Shown here piece after piece: positions 12,490 through 24,800 of a stretch of DNA of 64,000 nt. The position numbers were made by a program, and so were the translations under genes. The stretch lies in assembly GCA_000708835.1 (NCBI GenBank), contig DF237458.1, forward strand, positions 1-64,000, read 5' to 3'. The notes under the pieces are model-generated. The model saw nothing but the letters and a program-made list of their open reading frames with translations, was not told the origin of the DNA and did no database searches. Within the stretch, counting starts at the first letter, position 1. Every line of letters begins with the position of its first letter. The DNA is from Klebsormidium nitens. Lineage: Eukaryota; Plantae; Klebsormidiophyceae.

Positions 12490-12583
12490 TCCTGTGGCCC
12501 GAGGCACATCCGACGGACGGACTACAACATTCCAATGAGATCCTTCGAGAGAGGGCGTGGGTTCAAATCCCACTCTGGCCATC
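12490..12583 (+). pseudogene. Second tRNA-Leu fragment/pseudogene (variable arm, T-arm and 3' acceptor strand)
   Basis: TCCTTCGAGAGA-GGGCGTGGGTTCAAATCCCACTCTGGCCATC. The 31-mer at 12553-12583 is identical to 12352-12382. The 5' half cannot be folded. Confidence 0.7.
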
Positions 12584-12806
12584 AGTGGCATCACTACGAT
12601 GGATCAATACTTTTGCCAGAGATTTTTGCCCTGCTCTTCTGATTGAGCTAGAGCGCAGCTAGACAAAACTGGTCAAAAGCCTTGAAAAGGTAGCTGGCTC
12701 CATTTTCTGAGCAGCATAGCTCTGGTCTTTGGTCGGCGGGACCATCAACGCTGATGAGCTGGTCACGCAATCTCCTTCTGATAGACTCTGGCGGTCTCCA
12801 AACACG

Positions 12807-15800
12807 ATGAGCTTCTCTGCTTTCACAACGGTAAGCTCACTTGATTGGAATGCCACTTGGTTCTTGACCTTTTTTAAACACGTGAGACATGGTTTTTCAA
12901 ATGGGTGTTGGTTCCACTTTGCCTGTTGATCGGTGGCATGTCCAAGCACATGAGTGGGCGCCAATTGAATCTTGTCGTTCTCACACCACCTTTTTTCCCA
13001 ATCCCTTTTGGGAGAGGTAGATTCTGAGCTCCTCTTATAGACGTGCCCACGGATTGTAGCCACTTCTTGACGTGCTGTGGTTTTTTGGTAGAATTCAAAG
13101 ACCTGATGCTGGCAGTGCCACCACCATATGGCACCATCAGTGCCTCATTCCACAGCATTGCACACATCTGTGTCATCAAGTTTTGTTTTAAAGTCCGTTT
13201 CTTTGGCACGCTTGTGCTTCTTCATGGAGGCATTTGAGCATGAACAGGAAAGCTTGCGGAGGCAGACCCGTTCAGGGGGTGCATCAGTGAACTTGTTCAA
13301 AAAATTGTAGCCAACGCCTTCCAGTGGGTTGTGCGACTTTGTGCCCGCCACCTCTTATCACTGCAAAGAGCCCCATGGCACTCAGCTTATGCCTCGAAAT
13401 GTTCTTGCATTCCGTCAGTTGGGTCGTCGAAAGCTAAGCTTACTTCATCAAAGCTCTTTCAGGCAATTGCAGTAGAGCTCATCCTTCTTCAAATTTTATT
13501 GTAGTTGGCATTTTAGCATCAGATAGCGGCAGATGATTATCCTTTTTTTTTGCTGAGTACTGTCAAACAGAGCACCACCATCACCTGTCTTACCAATTGA
13601 TTGGACCATTCACCAGGACCAACAAACCTGGTTTCAGAACAAACACTCTTCGGTTAACGAAGGCCTACATTTGTGCAGCTTCTGCCCCCCACTGGGGTGG
13701 ATCACTGCACCACAGGCTTCCTGACCCACTGCCCGGGGGACAGGAAAGCATTGTCCGAGGATGCCGCACTCCATCCATCAAACCACCCCCACGAGATCGG
13801 GACCTGGGCAGCTGCGTCCGGGCTGGACAGAGAAGGAAACCTCCTGCCCAACCTAGTTGTCGTCAAGGTGGGGAGACACAGTAATGGTTTTGGCCTCCGT
13901 CTTTCTCAGCTTTTTAAAGTACTGTTTGCGCACATGACTTCACAAGGCCGCAGAGTTTGGTGTGATAGAGCCCTACAGGCATGCACCCGCAAGCCTGCCG
14001 ATTCTCACTTCTGGAAACGCACCATGCTCGCACGGAATCTCCACGAGTGGGGCCCCAAAGGTTTGCAGCCCTCAGCGAACCCCGTAAAGTGGATTTGGGG
14101 CATGTGCGGAAGCTTTCTTGAAAGCGGATCAAAGGGTGGGATGTGAAGCAGTTCCGGTGGTGTGGGCGTTTGAGAAATGAAGACAGAACTTGTTCTCAAA
14201 AGGACTCATATGCTGGGTACAAGCTCCCTCTAACATTGAGTTGAAGCATGCGCAGGCAAACATCCTGGAAGTGTACGTCATCAGGACTTCACAGGGGTTG
14301 AAACCAGGACTAGAGGGTGATGAGGAGCGAGCTACACCTGCGGCATGGTTGGAGCTGGCCTTTGAGAGCAGGTGCAGGCCCTACCGGCTTCTTTATGTCG
14401 TCGTGAAAAGTTTCTTGTGCTGATTGTGTATTTTATACCGTTTGCTCATGCCTTGGCACCTGGCAGTGGAAGGTCTTTCGTCAATTTCGTCGCTCCCTTT
14501 CCAACTAATGACTTATGCACTACATAGAAGGCAGAATATCGAAGCAACCCCCATAGGATCCTAATCTTACCTTTCTGAAAGCTAATTGTTTGGTAATCTG
14601 CTGCATCTTTGAAAGCCCATCTGCTTTGTCGTCTCAGGCTCAATGGAAATGTGGCGTCGTTAGCGGTGATCAAGTCGCGGCAGGACGACTTCACGGGGCG
14701 TCGCACGCAGCACGACGCGCTCGTGCTGGCGTTGCAGGACGCGAAGCTCAGCGTGGTGGATTGGGACGAGGACAAACAAAAGCTGCGGACGAGGTGGGCT
14801 GTCGCCACAAGTCTTTTCATTCTCTTGTACTCCATTGGCCGCAAATTGAGTTTTCGGTGAAGGCTGTTGGGTGAGTGTTGTACTTTCTGGACACGCCTTA
14901 TTCTGAGTCGCAATCAACGAGCGCAGCAGTCGCTGGATGTCGTTCGAGCTCAGACAGCTTTTTAGTTCTGTCTAAGCTCTTTCCACTTCATCTCGAGCCT
15001 GGTCATGCCTCGGCACCATCAGTAAACGTTCTTGTTGTCGTGTTGCTCCCAAATCTCATATGCTGCCCGAAGCCGCAGTCAGAGCCAATCTCTCTCCTGC
15101 TCGACTTTCGAGTCCAACCGCAGCACCTGGTTTAAACACTCCTGACCACTGGTCCCCCTCTGCTTGCCACTTCGCTGCACTTCTTTCGACTCTGCCAAGT
15201 AGCAGCACCTCAGCGCAGTCCGAGCCCGTCTAGCCAATCCTCGACAGTCAAATTCCCCCTGCAATCTCACAATCGAGTCGCTGAAAACCGGTCTTCTCGG
15301 CTTTGCCAGCTCGCTGCACTGCTTCGAGTCCGCCAGGTGGCAGCACCTGAAGCGCGGCCTCGAGAAGTTTCCGCGGGGGCCGCTCGTGAGGGCTGACCCG
15401 CAGGGGCGCTGCGCGGCGGCGCTGCTGTACGACGACCAGCTGCTGGTCATGAAGGCCAAGGCGGTGAGGCCGCCGACCTATATTGTCCATTCGCTTTTTG
15501 CGTTCGAGTTTATCTTGGGTATCGAGGAGTTGGGAAATGGGAGGGAAGTGTCCTGCGTGTGTTAAGCAAGTACTATTGGTGTTGATAGCGCATGTGGGCG
15601 GAGTTTGTGGTCACAAGCTGCACGATGAGGCAGGTCGTCCTTGCAAAACAGGCAATTTTCGATTTTGGGACGAGGAAGCTCGTTTTGAGTCAATCCAAGC
15701 ACTTGCTGGCGGAGGCCGCGGACTGCTTCTCGTCATACACTCCCCGGAACCATTTTCAATAGGTTTCCATCATCGTGTACGGCAAGGCCGATTGGAAGGG

Positions 15801-18800
15801 TATTTGGGTCTTTATGAAGGGGTGTCTTCATAAGGGAGCCGTCCTTACACCCTTCTTCGTCAAAGAGGGGCCTTCAGTCAGGTTCTCCATTAACAAGCCT
15901 AAGTCTGTCTTGATCCGTCATCTGGCACCAGCTTCCCTCCAAATGACTCTCTCAAAGCAGATTCTGAATCTCCAAAAGCCTGATGGTGACAGGCAAAGGA
16001 CCTTTTAACGCCTAAGCATGACAGGCGGGAGTCTAACGGACACGATTCCTCTCTGACGTTGCAGAGTGGGCTGGGATTTGGCGACGAGGAGACGGCGGCT
16101 GCGCCCGAGCGTGCAGCGTCCGTAGAAGAGACGTACTTTCTGGACCTGCGGACGGTCGGCGTGAAGAACGTCAAGGACATTGTTTTCCTGCACGGTAAGG
16201 GGGACCCGAGAAGCATGCTCGGCTCTTGCGCCGGCCCTCTGCTCATGTCAGAGTGGTTCAGCTCCGTCTCGCTGCTATTCAGAGTATCATTCCGGAACGG
16301 CTGTTCGAGCTAGAAGAAACTGCATAGGGAAATCAGCCACTATCACCTCCAGCGATCTTTCCTCAAAGTGACGAACTGGTTTCCGTGACCGTTTGATTTC
16401 TGAATAGTTGAACTGAAACTTCTGAGCATGATGTTCTGGTTGACGGTTCGGGTTAGAAGAAAGACTTCTTCAGTCCCTTGCTAAGAATTGTCCCCTCAAA
16501 ATTGCGACCTCAATGCATGCAGGCTACCTGGAGCCCGCCCTTCTAGTTCTCCATGAGCCGGACCCCACGTGGGGCGGCCGAGCCGCCGTAGGCCGCTTCA
16601 CGTGCGAAGCAACCGTCCTCAGCGTGAACACCACCCTGCGGCAGCACCCCCAGATCTTCGCGGCGACGTCGCTGCCCTATGACGCATATCAGGCGGTCGC
16701 CGTGCCGTCCCCTTTGGGCGGCGCGCTCGTTTTGGCAGCCAACACAGTGCACTACTTCAGTCAGGCAAGTGTCTCGGATGAATTTCTTGACGTTCGACAA
16801 AGCGTTACACGCGATGGTTACGCGCGTCCGACGCATTCCTGGTACGCACGATCCTCGCACAGCCTTGCAGCGCGGAGCGGGCCTTGAATATTTACTAACC
16901 TCCTCGGTTACCGATTAGCTGGACCCTCCGTCCAGTCTGAGATGCAACCCAGCTCTGAAGGCGTATGTCTTTACTAGCCCCTAACACAGACGAGGTTCCC
17001 ATTCTCCGCCTGTCTGCTTCATCAGTACCCTCACGTTAAAAAGACAAACCCAGTTTGTTCAACATTCCAATGTCCTCCGGTTTCCATTCTTCAAGCTCGG
17101 TCCCCTCACCCGCCAATTCCAGGTGGAAAAAGACCCCAAACTTCTAGAACCCCTTTTTTTCGGTTGTTGTTTGCAGACAAGCTTCCACACCCTGGCAGTC
17201 AACAACCTGGCCGGTGTGCCTGAGGGCGCGCCGGTCCCTCCACGGACGAGTTTTGAGGTGGAGCTGGACGTTGCAAGAGTAGCCTGGGTCGCGGCTGATA
17301 CGGCGCTGATCTCATCCAAGACGGGCGCGCTGCTGCTGCTGACGCTGGGCCACGTCGGCAGGTGGGCCCTACTTTACCCTGGACTTTTCGAGTCAATACC
17401 TTGGAACCTGAATGATGGACCTTGATAGCTTTCAGAAGCGCAGTATGGGCTATCTGCACTCGAAGCAGGCGAATGTGGTCAAACGGAGGTAGTTCACTTG
17501 ACAGTCCACCTACGGTGCCTCCGATCAGCTTCGATCTGGTGTCAGTGGCCACGTCATTGTGTGAAAGAGAGGAAGAAATGCAAACGGAAATAAAAAGTTG
17601 CATTTACAGCACAGGTACGCAGCTTCGTAAGGCGCATATCGCGCATTGCGCCTTGCTTCATCAAGTGTTTGGGTCTAGTTTGGGTTTAGTTGCCCTTCTG
17701 AATGTAAAGACTTTTGGATCTGTTGGGTTTAAAAATGATTCTCTGCTCTGCTCCAGGACGGTCGACTCGCTGGAGCTGTCTCGCTCCAAGGGCGCGGTGC
17801 TGGCCTCGGCCGTGTGCCCGGTTGGCGACTCCCTGGTGTTCCTGGGCAGCCGGCTGGGGGACAGCATGCTGCTGCAGTACGCTCGGGGGACTGCAACCGA
17901 GGCGACGACACAGCGCACCGAGGTCGAGGTGAACACGCGAAGGGTTGTTATGCAGCTTTCAAGGGGACGTTGAGACAGAGGACTCAATATGAACACTAAG
18001 ACGGCCTGCCACCTTTTTGCGGTGTCTGTCGGTCTCTTTTGAGGGAGTCAGAAGCAAGGACTGTTGCCAATGAAATAGTTGACACCAAAGGCGGCTTTCG
18101 TTCTCGTAAGACACTTTTTTGACCGTGCAGATGCTCGAATATCCAGAATTTGATAGCACAGGCAGCTTGGTGTCTTCGTGTTCCTACTCTGATCATGTTA
18201 AGCGCATCCGTTATCGGGTTGGGATGCTTCGTCAGAATGGCCGTTCGGGTTGCAGCGAAACGGAACCGCAGTTTGTTCAATTAAAGTTTAATCATGCAGC
18301 CTCTGAGTGGCTGATTGCGTCTACTGATCTGCACCAGTTGTAGCCATCCTAAGAACGGTCAGGTCGACGTTCCCTTTCCGTCAACAGTCTTCCCCATGAA
18401 TTGCACTCAACAGACTATACTAGCTTGCGACGCAGGAGGAGGTTGGAAGTGGCGAGCCCCCGGCCAAGCGCGCGCGCTACACTGACGTCACTGCAGCCGT
18501 TGCTGACGATAACGAAGAGCTGTCGCTGTACGGGGGAGGCGGGGCGGAGCAAGAGGTCAGTGACCGGTCGCAAGCGGACGTGAGATGAAGACGAAAGGCC
18601 GGAAAAATCTGCGCAGAACTATTCGCTTTGGTTGTTGAAATTCGTTTGGGATAATGGTTGTATCTTTGCTGTACATTGCTTCGGGCACGGCTACAACGGA
18701 CATTTGCACACCTGCCGGCAGTGAGTGAGCAGTGCTGCAGCTACCAAGGGGATCCTGGCAGCCCGTTGAAAGATGCACAGATTACAAGGTCGCATATTCT

Positions 18801-21800
18801 ACTCTGAGGCAACGGCAATGCTGGTGCAGAGAGTTTTGATGATTGGGAGTGTCCGTTCTTACTGCAGGACCCTAGCTCCTGGAAGAGCTTGTCTTTTGCA
18901 ATTTGCGACACCATGGTCAACATTGGCCCTGTGCGCGATCTCGTCATTGGGAGGCGGACAAAAGTCGACCCGGACGACGAGACTGCGCCGGCCATCACTG
19001 AAACGGAGCTGGTGAGCTGCCCACACAAAGTGCCCGGACAAAGTGCCCAGATAAAGTGCCCACTGGGCGGCACCAACCGAATCTTGCCCCATGCCGGTTC
19101 TTCTCGCAAGTCCTTGTTTCTCCTTGCACGGCGTCGGACTTTTCTTCCGGTGCTGCTACTTCCCGTACCCTTCAACCACGTAAGGAATCCGAAGGTTGAT
19201 ATGGGCGTTGATAGACCGCGGTCATCCCTGTTCCTCGTCTCATCCGTGCAAGCTACTGCCAATGGATGAAAGCAGATGGCAGAGCTTCAAACATCGCAAT
19301 CTCATTCAAGGTTGCCCTTTCGGTTGCCCTGCAAAGCGAGCCTACTCGAATCTTGCAGGTCCTGTGCTCCGGCCACGCCAAAAACGGCGCCCTCTCCATT
19401 CTCCATCAAGGCATCCGGGCGGCAGTGACGTCAGAAGTGGACCTAGGCAGCCCCTGCCGCGGCATCTGGGCCGTCCATTCCGAAGCAGCGGACGGACAGG
19501 ATGAGGGCGAGGCGTTCCACGACTACCTTTTCATCAGCCTGGAAGACGGGACACGGGTGAGGAACGGCAAATCGCTTTTGCACATTTCAGTTGCACCTCG
19601 CTGTCTTCTTGTTATTCTTGAAATCATTCTTCACAACATATCGGTAAGACTCTCAGATTTTTGAAGAGAAACAGCAAACCGGCACCGAGAGCACCGGTTT
19701 CATGGTAAAACTGGAAGCGTGCAAACCGACGTAAGATGTCGGTTCATTATGGTATGCGCTGGGCAGCATTCGGGGCAACATGAAGACGAAGGCTGAGGAG
19801 CTGCTGTCACTTCCCGATGCGAATCTCATTGCTAAAATCGCGACCAAAATGTCCTCCCCCGTGCTCTGTTGCAGCCACCCGTTTGCAATGGGTCTTGACA
19901 CCTATAGCGGGCCGGCGCGCCCATTTTCTTCAGAAGTTTCTGTTCACAGCGGTCTTCGTTTTGCAGGTGTTGAGCACGGGGGAGGACATCGCTGAAGTGG
20001 ACGATGAGGGCGCGGGCTTCTTCACCAGCGGGCCCAGCCTGGCCGTGGGGAACCTCTTCGGAAGGTACGCCCCGGCAAATAATCCTGTATTTTAGCTAGA
20101 ATAGTTTCTAGTCACGACAGTAACAGTCCCCGGGGAACAACAGAATCAAAAAGGTAAAGTGACAAATATAACCGCTCCGCAACCGTGTCAACCCTAACCC
20201 CAAACTAACCCTACCCGTTCCCCGGGCCTTGACCATATCCTACCTAGAACCATCCTACACAAACCATCCAAAGCTGCTCATGAGACGGGTCGGGAAACAA
20301 GTGACACCCATTTCTGCGCTCTACTAACCATTTTTACTTGTCCGCATACAGAGAGACTCCTGCAACAAGCGTCTCTTGGCGAAGTCTTTCGATGATGGAC
20401 AAGGGAAAATTGCCGCTGGTCACTCTACTAAATCGAATACCAGATCAAGCCTCAACCGCCTCCTCGATACGTCTACTCCAGTGCGTGCAAAGGAGGAACT
20501 TTGTTTGTTTGTGTGGTTACCAGCAATTGAGGCGACGCTATTGGTTCCTCATGGTCGCAGGCCAGAGCATCGGTCAAATCTCGGAATTTGTCAAGGGCAC
20601 GTTCTTGTACTGATAACCATGGCTAACTTGGAATCATTCTGCCATTGCTGCGTGCAGGGCCCGCATTCTGCAAGTGCACGCTGGCGGCTTCGTCCTTCTG
20701 CAAGGCTCCACTCTGCAACAAGAAGTACCGCTCTTCGAGTTCCCGACAGCGCCACTCAAAGGGCAGCCGCCAGCGGAAGAGGTTCAAATCGCGGCGGCCG
20801 CCATCTGCGACCCTTTCGTGCTGTTCCGCATGACGGACGGAACGCTTCGGATTGGCGAGGGTGACGTCAGCGAGAAGGAGGTGTTTGTTGGGACGGTGTC
20901 GTTAGCGGGCGAAGCAGCGGACGGCGTCACGGCGGTGACGCTATTTGAGGACCATTGCGGGTATTTCGGACGTCCAAAAACGGGCGGGGCGTCCGGTGGG
21001 AAGAATTCGGACGTCTGTGCAGCAGTTGCGAGGAGCAGCGGGGCAGTAGAAATCTACAAGCTTCCCGGGTTCGAGCTGCTCTACAGGATTATGGACTTCA
21101 TCCAGGGTCGGCGGGTCGTGACGGACCGGTCAGATACTCTTGGGCCCGTTGATAACGGTCTGCCGGACGTCCACGTGTCCAGCCTCGTCGTCCGGTGTTC
21201 GAACAGCAGTGCAGAGCGGGGGCCTAGCCAGCCGTTCCTGTGCGCCGTTTTAAGTTCCGGCGCTCTTTTCGCATACCGGGGCTTTTTAAGCGGCCAGCAT
21301 GCGCATCAGGGCAAATGTGGGTCGCCACTTTCAGGCGCTTCTCTTGTACAGTCCGATGAGATCGTCAAAGGCAGTAAGCCGTCAACGGAAAGTCATGTAA
21401 ATGCTAGTACTCCCCCGCAAAGCAAGCGACGTTTAAGGTGGGTGAGAGTTGCGCTGGCTGGGGTGAATGCGATGGAAGACGGAAGTACGGATGGTGCCAA
21501 ACTGATTCCAAGCTTGACTACGTTCGAGGGGGTGAACGAAGAGCGGGGGGTATATATTTGCGCGCAGCGGCCCGCATGGATTGTGGAGTGCCAAGGCAGG
21601 CTGCGGCCACACCCGCAGGTACGCGAAAAGAAACGCTCCAATTAATGCGAGCTCTCGTTCCTGGTTCGGCAAGGCTGGACTGGTGTCTAGTTCGAGATGA
21701 GTGTTTTGAGTCTATAGAAGACAGCAGACATAAAAGGAATTTATTGCAACTTTTCGACGTGCATCTGTTGTTGCTAAAGTATCATCTGTGGCACAACTGA

Positions 21801-24800
21801 CAGCAACAAGTGTGCCAGACGCAGGCGCAGGTGCAATACTGAAGGTCAAAATGCCCCGTCATCTGAACATGTGTTCCATTCGTCATCATGCCATGCTTAA
21901 CGCATTAGCAAGTCTTGCTGCCACGTCTCATGTTGGTGCCGTGCTGCAGCTGTCCGACGGGCCAGTCGCTGCGTTTTCCCCCTTCCACAACGTCCATAAC
22001 CCACATGGGTTCGTCTACTCGACGCCCACGGTAAGAAGGAGCGTGTATGCTCGACACTCGACTTTGTGTTGTATTAGAAATTGATTCAGGCCTCTTGTGC
22101 TTTACAGCCTCCTTGCATGCTGTTTAATTAAAATGAGGTTTTGCAGGCGTCTTCCGATGCGACCTCCAACATGGGCGGCTCATAGGCCCGTGGCAAATCG
22201 TTTGTGATTGCGTTTCATCAGTTACAAGATGCACGCTGCAGCCAAGTTGAGCCTTTTCACGTAAAAGTAAGAGCTTCAAGCACACGGCGCAGCCACTCGT
22301 TTTCAACGAACCAAAATCCGGTTCTCAGCCCGATCCCGTGCGTCCATGCAGGGTGTGTTGCGCATTGCCCAGATTCCAACGGAGTCCGTTTACGATGCCG
22401 GGTGGCCGGTGATCAAGGTGAGATGCTGGCCTTTAAGGCCGGGCTTGCCTCGCAACCAAAAGATGACGGTCAGAGAACTTGGTGCATCTCTTCCCACATG
22501 GAATATGGAACATCTTCTGTCCCACACGGCAAAATTGGTGAGTATTATATCTCTTTCCATCGAAATCTGAGAATTGCCAGTGCGCAGTGCAGGGCTTGTC
22601 AGGAATCCTCCTGTTCGGGACCCAGACCTTGAGTAGACTCAGTTTTCCCTTTCTGCTGCAGGTCCCGTTGAAGGCCACCCCTCACAGCGTCGCACACTTC
22701 CCAGAACCTGACGTCTACGCCGTGACCGTTTCTGTGCCGGTAAGCGCAACCCCTCCGTTCGGGAGTCTCTTATGCCTGAGCCAGACGAGCTGGTGTTTCA
22801 TAACCTTCACCCCGAAATAGTCATCGCATTGCGACTTTTAGATGACAGAGTACCTTCATTTCTCGTGCACTGTCGCTTTCGAAAGGTGCAGGTTTTGACA
22901 CAGGACCCCTCATCATAGCGACTACCTTCGGAAGCTGATTCCTGCAGTCTGATGTCCAGGTTGAGCTCCCTTTCAGCCGGCCCCCGGGGACGCCCCCCGA
23001 GGAAGCCGCAGCCGAGGACCCGGACGGTGCTGGAGCGCGGGGGCGGCAGGGAGAGGCGGGGCCGGTATACTGCGACCTGGAGCAATTCGAGGTAGGGGGC
23101 TGCGTGTGCGAGCGTGCTTCAGGATTCTGGGCGCGTTTATTTCGGTAGGGAATTGGAGCGAAGAGTGTAGGATCCCAACAGGTTTGAGTTTTGTGAGATT
23201 AGGGACTAGATGCCTTGCTTGTAGCCTTGGCTCTTCTAGCAAGGTCGCTGCCTCTTTGTTAAAGGTCTAGATAAATCTTACATTCACAACCCACAAAAGC
23301 ACTCACGGCGAAGTCCCAGCGGGGAATTTCTGCTGTTACGGAAACCTGGGGCTCCAAGCTGTTTCCAGGGGTCTCTCGAACGTCAACGATCAAGCGAGGC
23401 GCTAAAGCGCAACGGTTGGGATGGATAGAAACCTGTCTTTCAAAAAGGGCGTTGCGCGCGTTCATTTGACCAGCTCTGTTGCTTGTGCAGCTGCGAGTGC
23501 TGGCCCCCGGGAGCTGGGAGATGCTCCAGAGGCTACCTTTGCTGCGCTATGAACACGTGGCAGCTGCCAGCGCCGTCACCCTCAAGGTCAGGATTGCTTT
23601 TTGGCAGCCCAGCCTCGTGCTGGGCGGCGTGTTCTTCCTTTCTCTGCTGTTGATCTGAAATAGTATTGCATCAATGCAGGCTGGTAATCCTCGTATTTGC
23701 TGTTGATCCGAATATGCAAAGGCTGGGACCCTGGCTTGTATTGTGGAGCAACTTGTCCACAGAGCGGCACTTGTCTTCGTCGTCGACAAGTGCAGCGATC
23801 CTCCCGTGCTTAGTGTTACTGGCAGGTCCATGAACCCAACGTCTGTAGGAAACGTACGGCCGGGAAAGGATAAAGCTTTGATTTACTTCAGTGTCAAGAA
23901 GCGTTCTGCGAGCAGATTCCTGCGACCGTCCACTCCCACATGTTCTTAGAACGAACCGCAATGGCACCTTTTTTATTCTTGTGTTTGAGTGTCCATCTGT
24001 ATCGCTCTTGCAGAACATTACCAACGACCAGCGCGATACGCTTTTGGCAGTGGGAACGACGTATGTGTTGGGGGAGGACGCGCCCGGCCAGGGCCGAGTG
24101 CTGCTGTATAGAGTGGACAAACAAGAGGACGGAGCCTGGGTGAGCCGCTGCATCGGCGTTGGTTTCGGAATGGGCGGCGGCCGGAAGGGTTTGAAGAGCT
24201 TTGCACACCTTGAGATCCTGACTTAAACTGTGCAGGTGTATCAATGTAGGCATTGGATGTCTGCATGCTCTATCGAAACGGCAAAATGATGTCAAGAGCC
24301 AGTTAACGTGTAGTGATCAAGGATATATGACCCGGAAGAGAGGATAGGAGGCAAGGCATCTGAAGAGAAGCAAAATCTCCGACAGGATGTCATCGCGTCA
24401 TGCTCAAATGTGTCTGGCGGCCATGCTCGCACATACCCTAGATCATTTCCGAGCTTTATGCTTGCGCACCGGTATACTCTCACTCGCGTGACGCTCTGAT
24501 ACCTCTTTCCGTGTAATTGGTGACCGACGTGTGCGTGCGCAGCTGACAGCGGTGTACAAGGAGGAGCACCGCGCGGGCATCACAGCGGTGTCGGCAGTGC
24601 AGGGCTGCCTCTTGGCAGCGGTCGGGAGCAAGCTCATACTCTACCGCTGGGACGGACAGAGTGAGGGGCCGGGCCTTCGGCTGGGGAACCAATGTTCTTG
24701 TGACGGAGCGCTTGTCGTCTGGCTGCGAGTCAATGAAAGTCTGCAAAACGGTTGGATGGTCAGCCCTCTACCGACAAGCCTTTGCTCGAAGGGCATGCTC

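Noticed and set aside
12186-12583. CRISPR-like array (three repeats with unique spacers)
   Set aside because: The repeat is a tRNA T-arm/acceptor sequence, the spacers are 140-170 bp, the context is eukaryotic and there are no cas genes.
12751-12758. Hammerhead ribozyme core CTGATGAG
   Set aside because: No stem II or downstream GAAA; it lies in the CPSF160 5' region.
12659-13351. Minus-strand ORFs (134, 111 and 68 aa) as a transposase relic
   Set aside because: They overlap CPSF160 exon 1 and intron 1 in antisense, and no recognisable motif was found.
24285-24365. C/D snoRNA in a CPSF160 intron (ATGATGT...CTGA)
   Set aside because: Imperfect C box, no terminal stem and no C'/D' pair.
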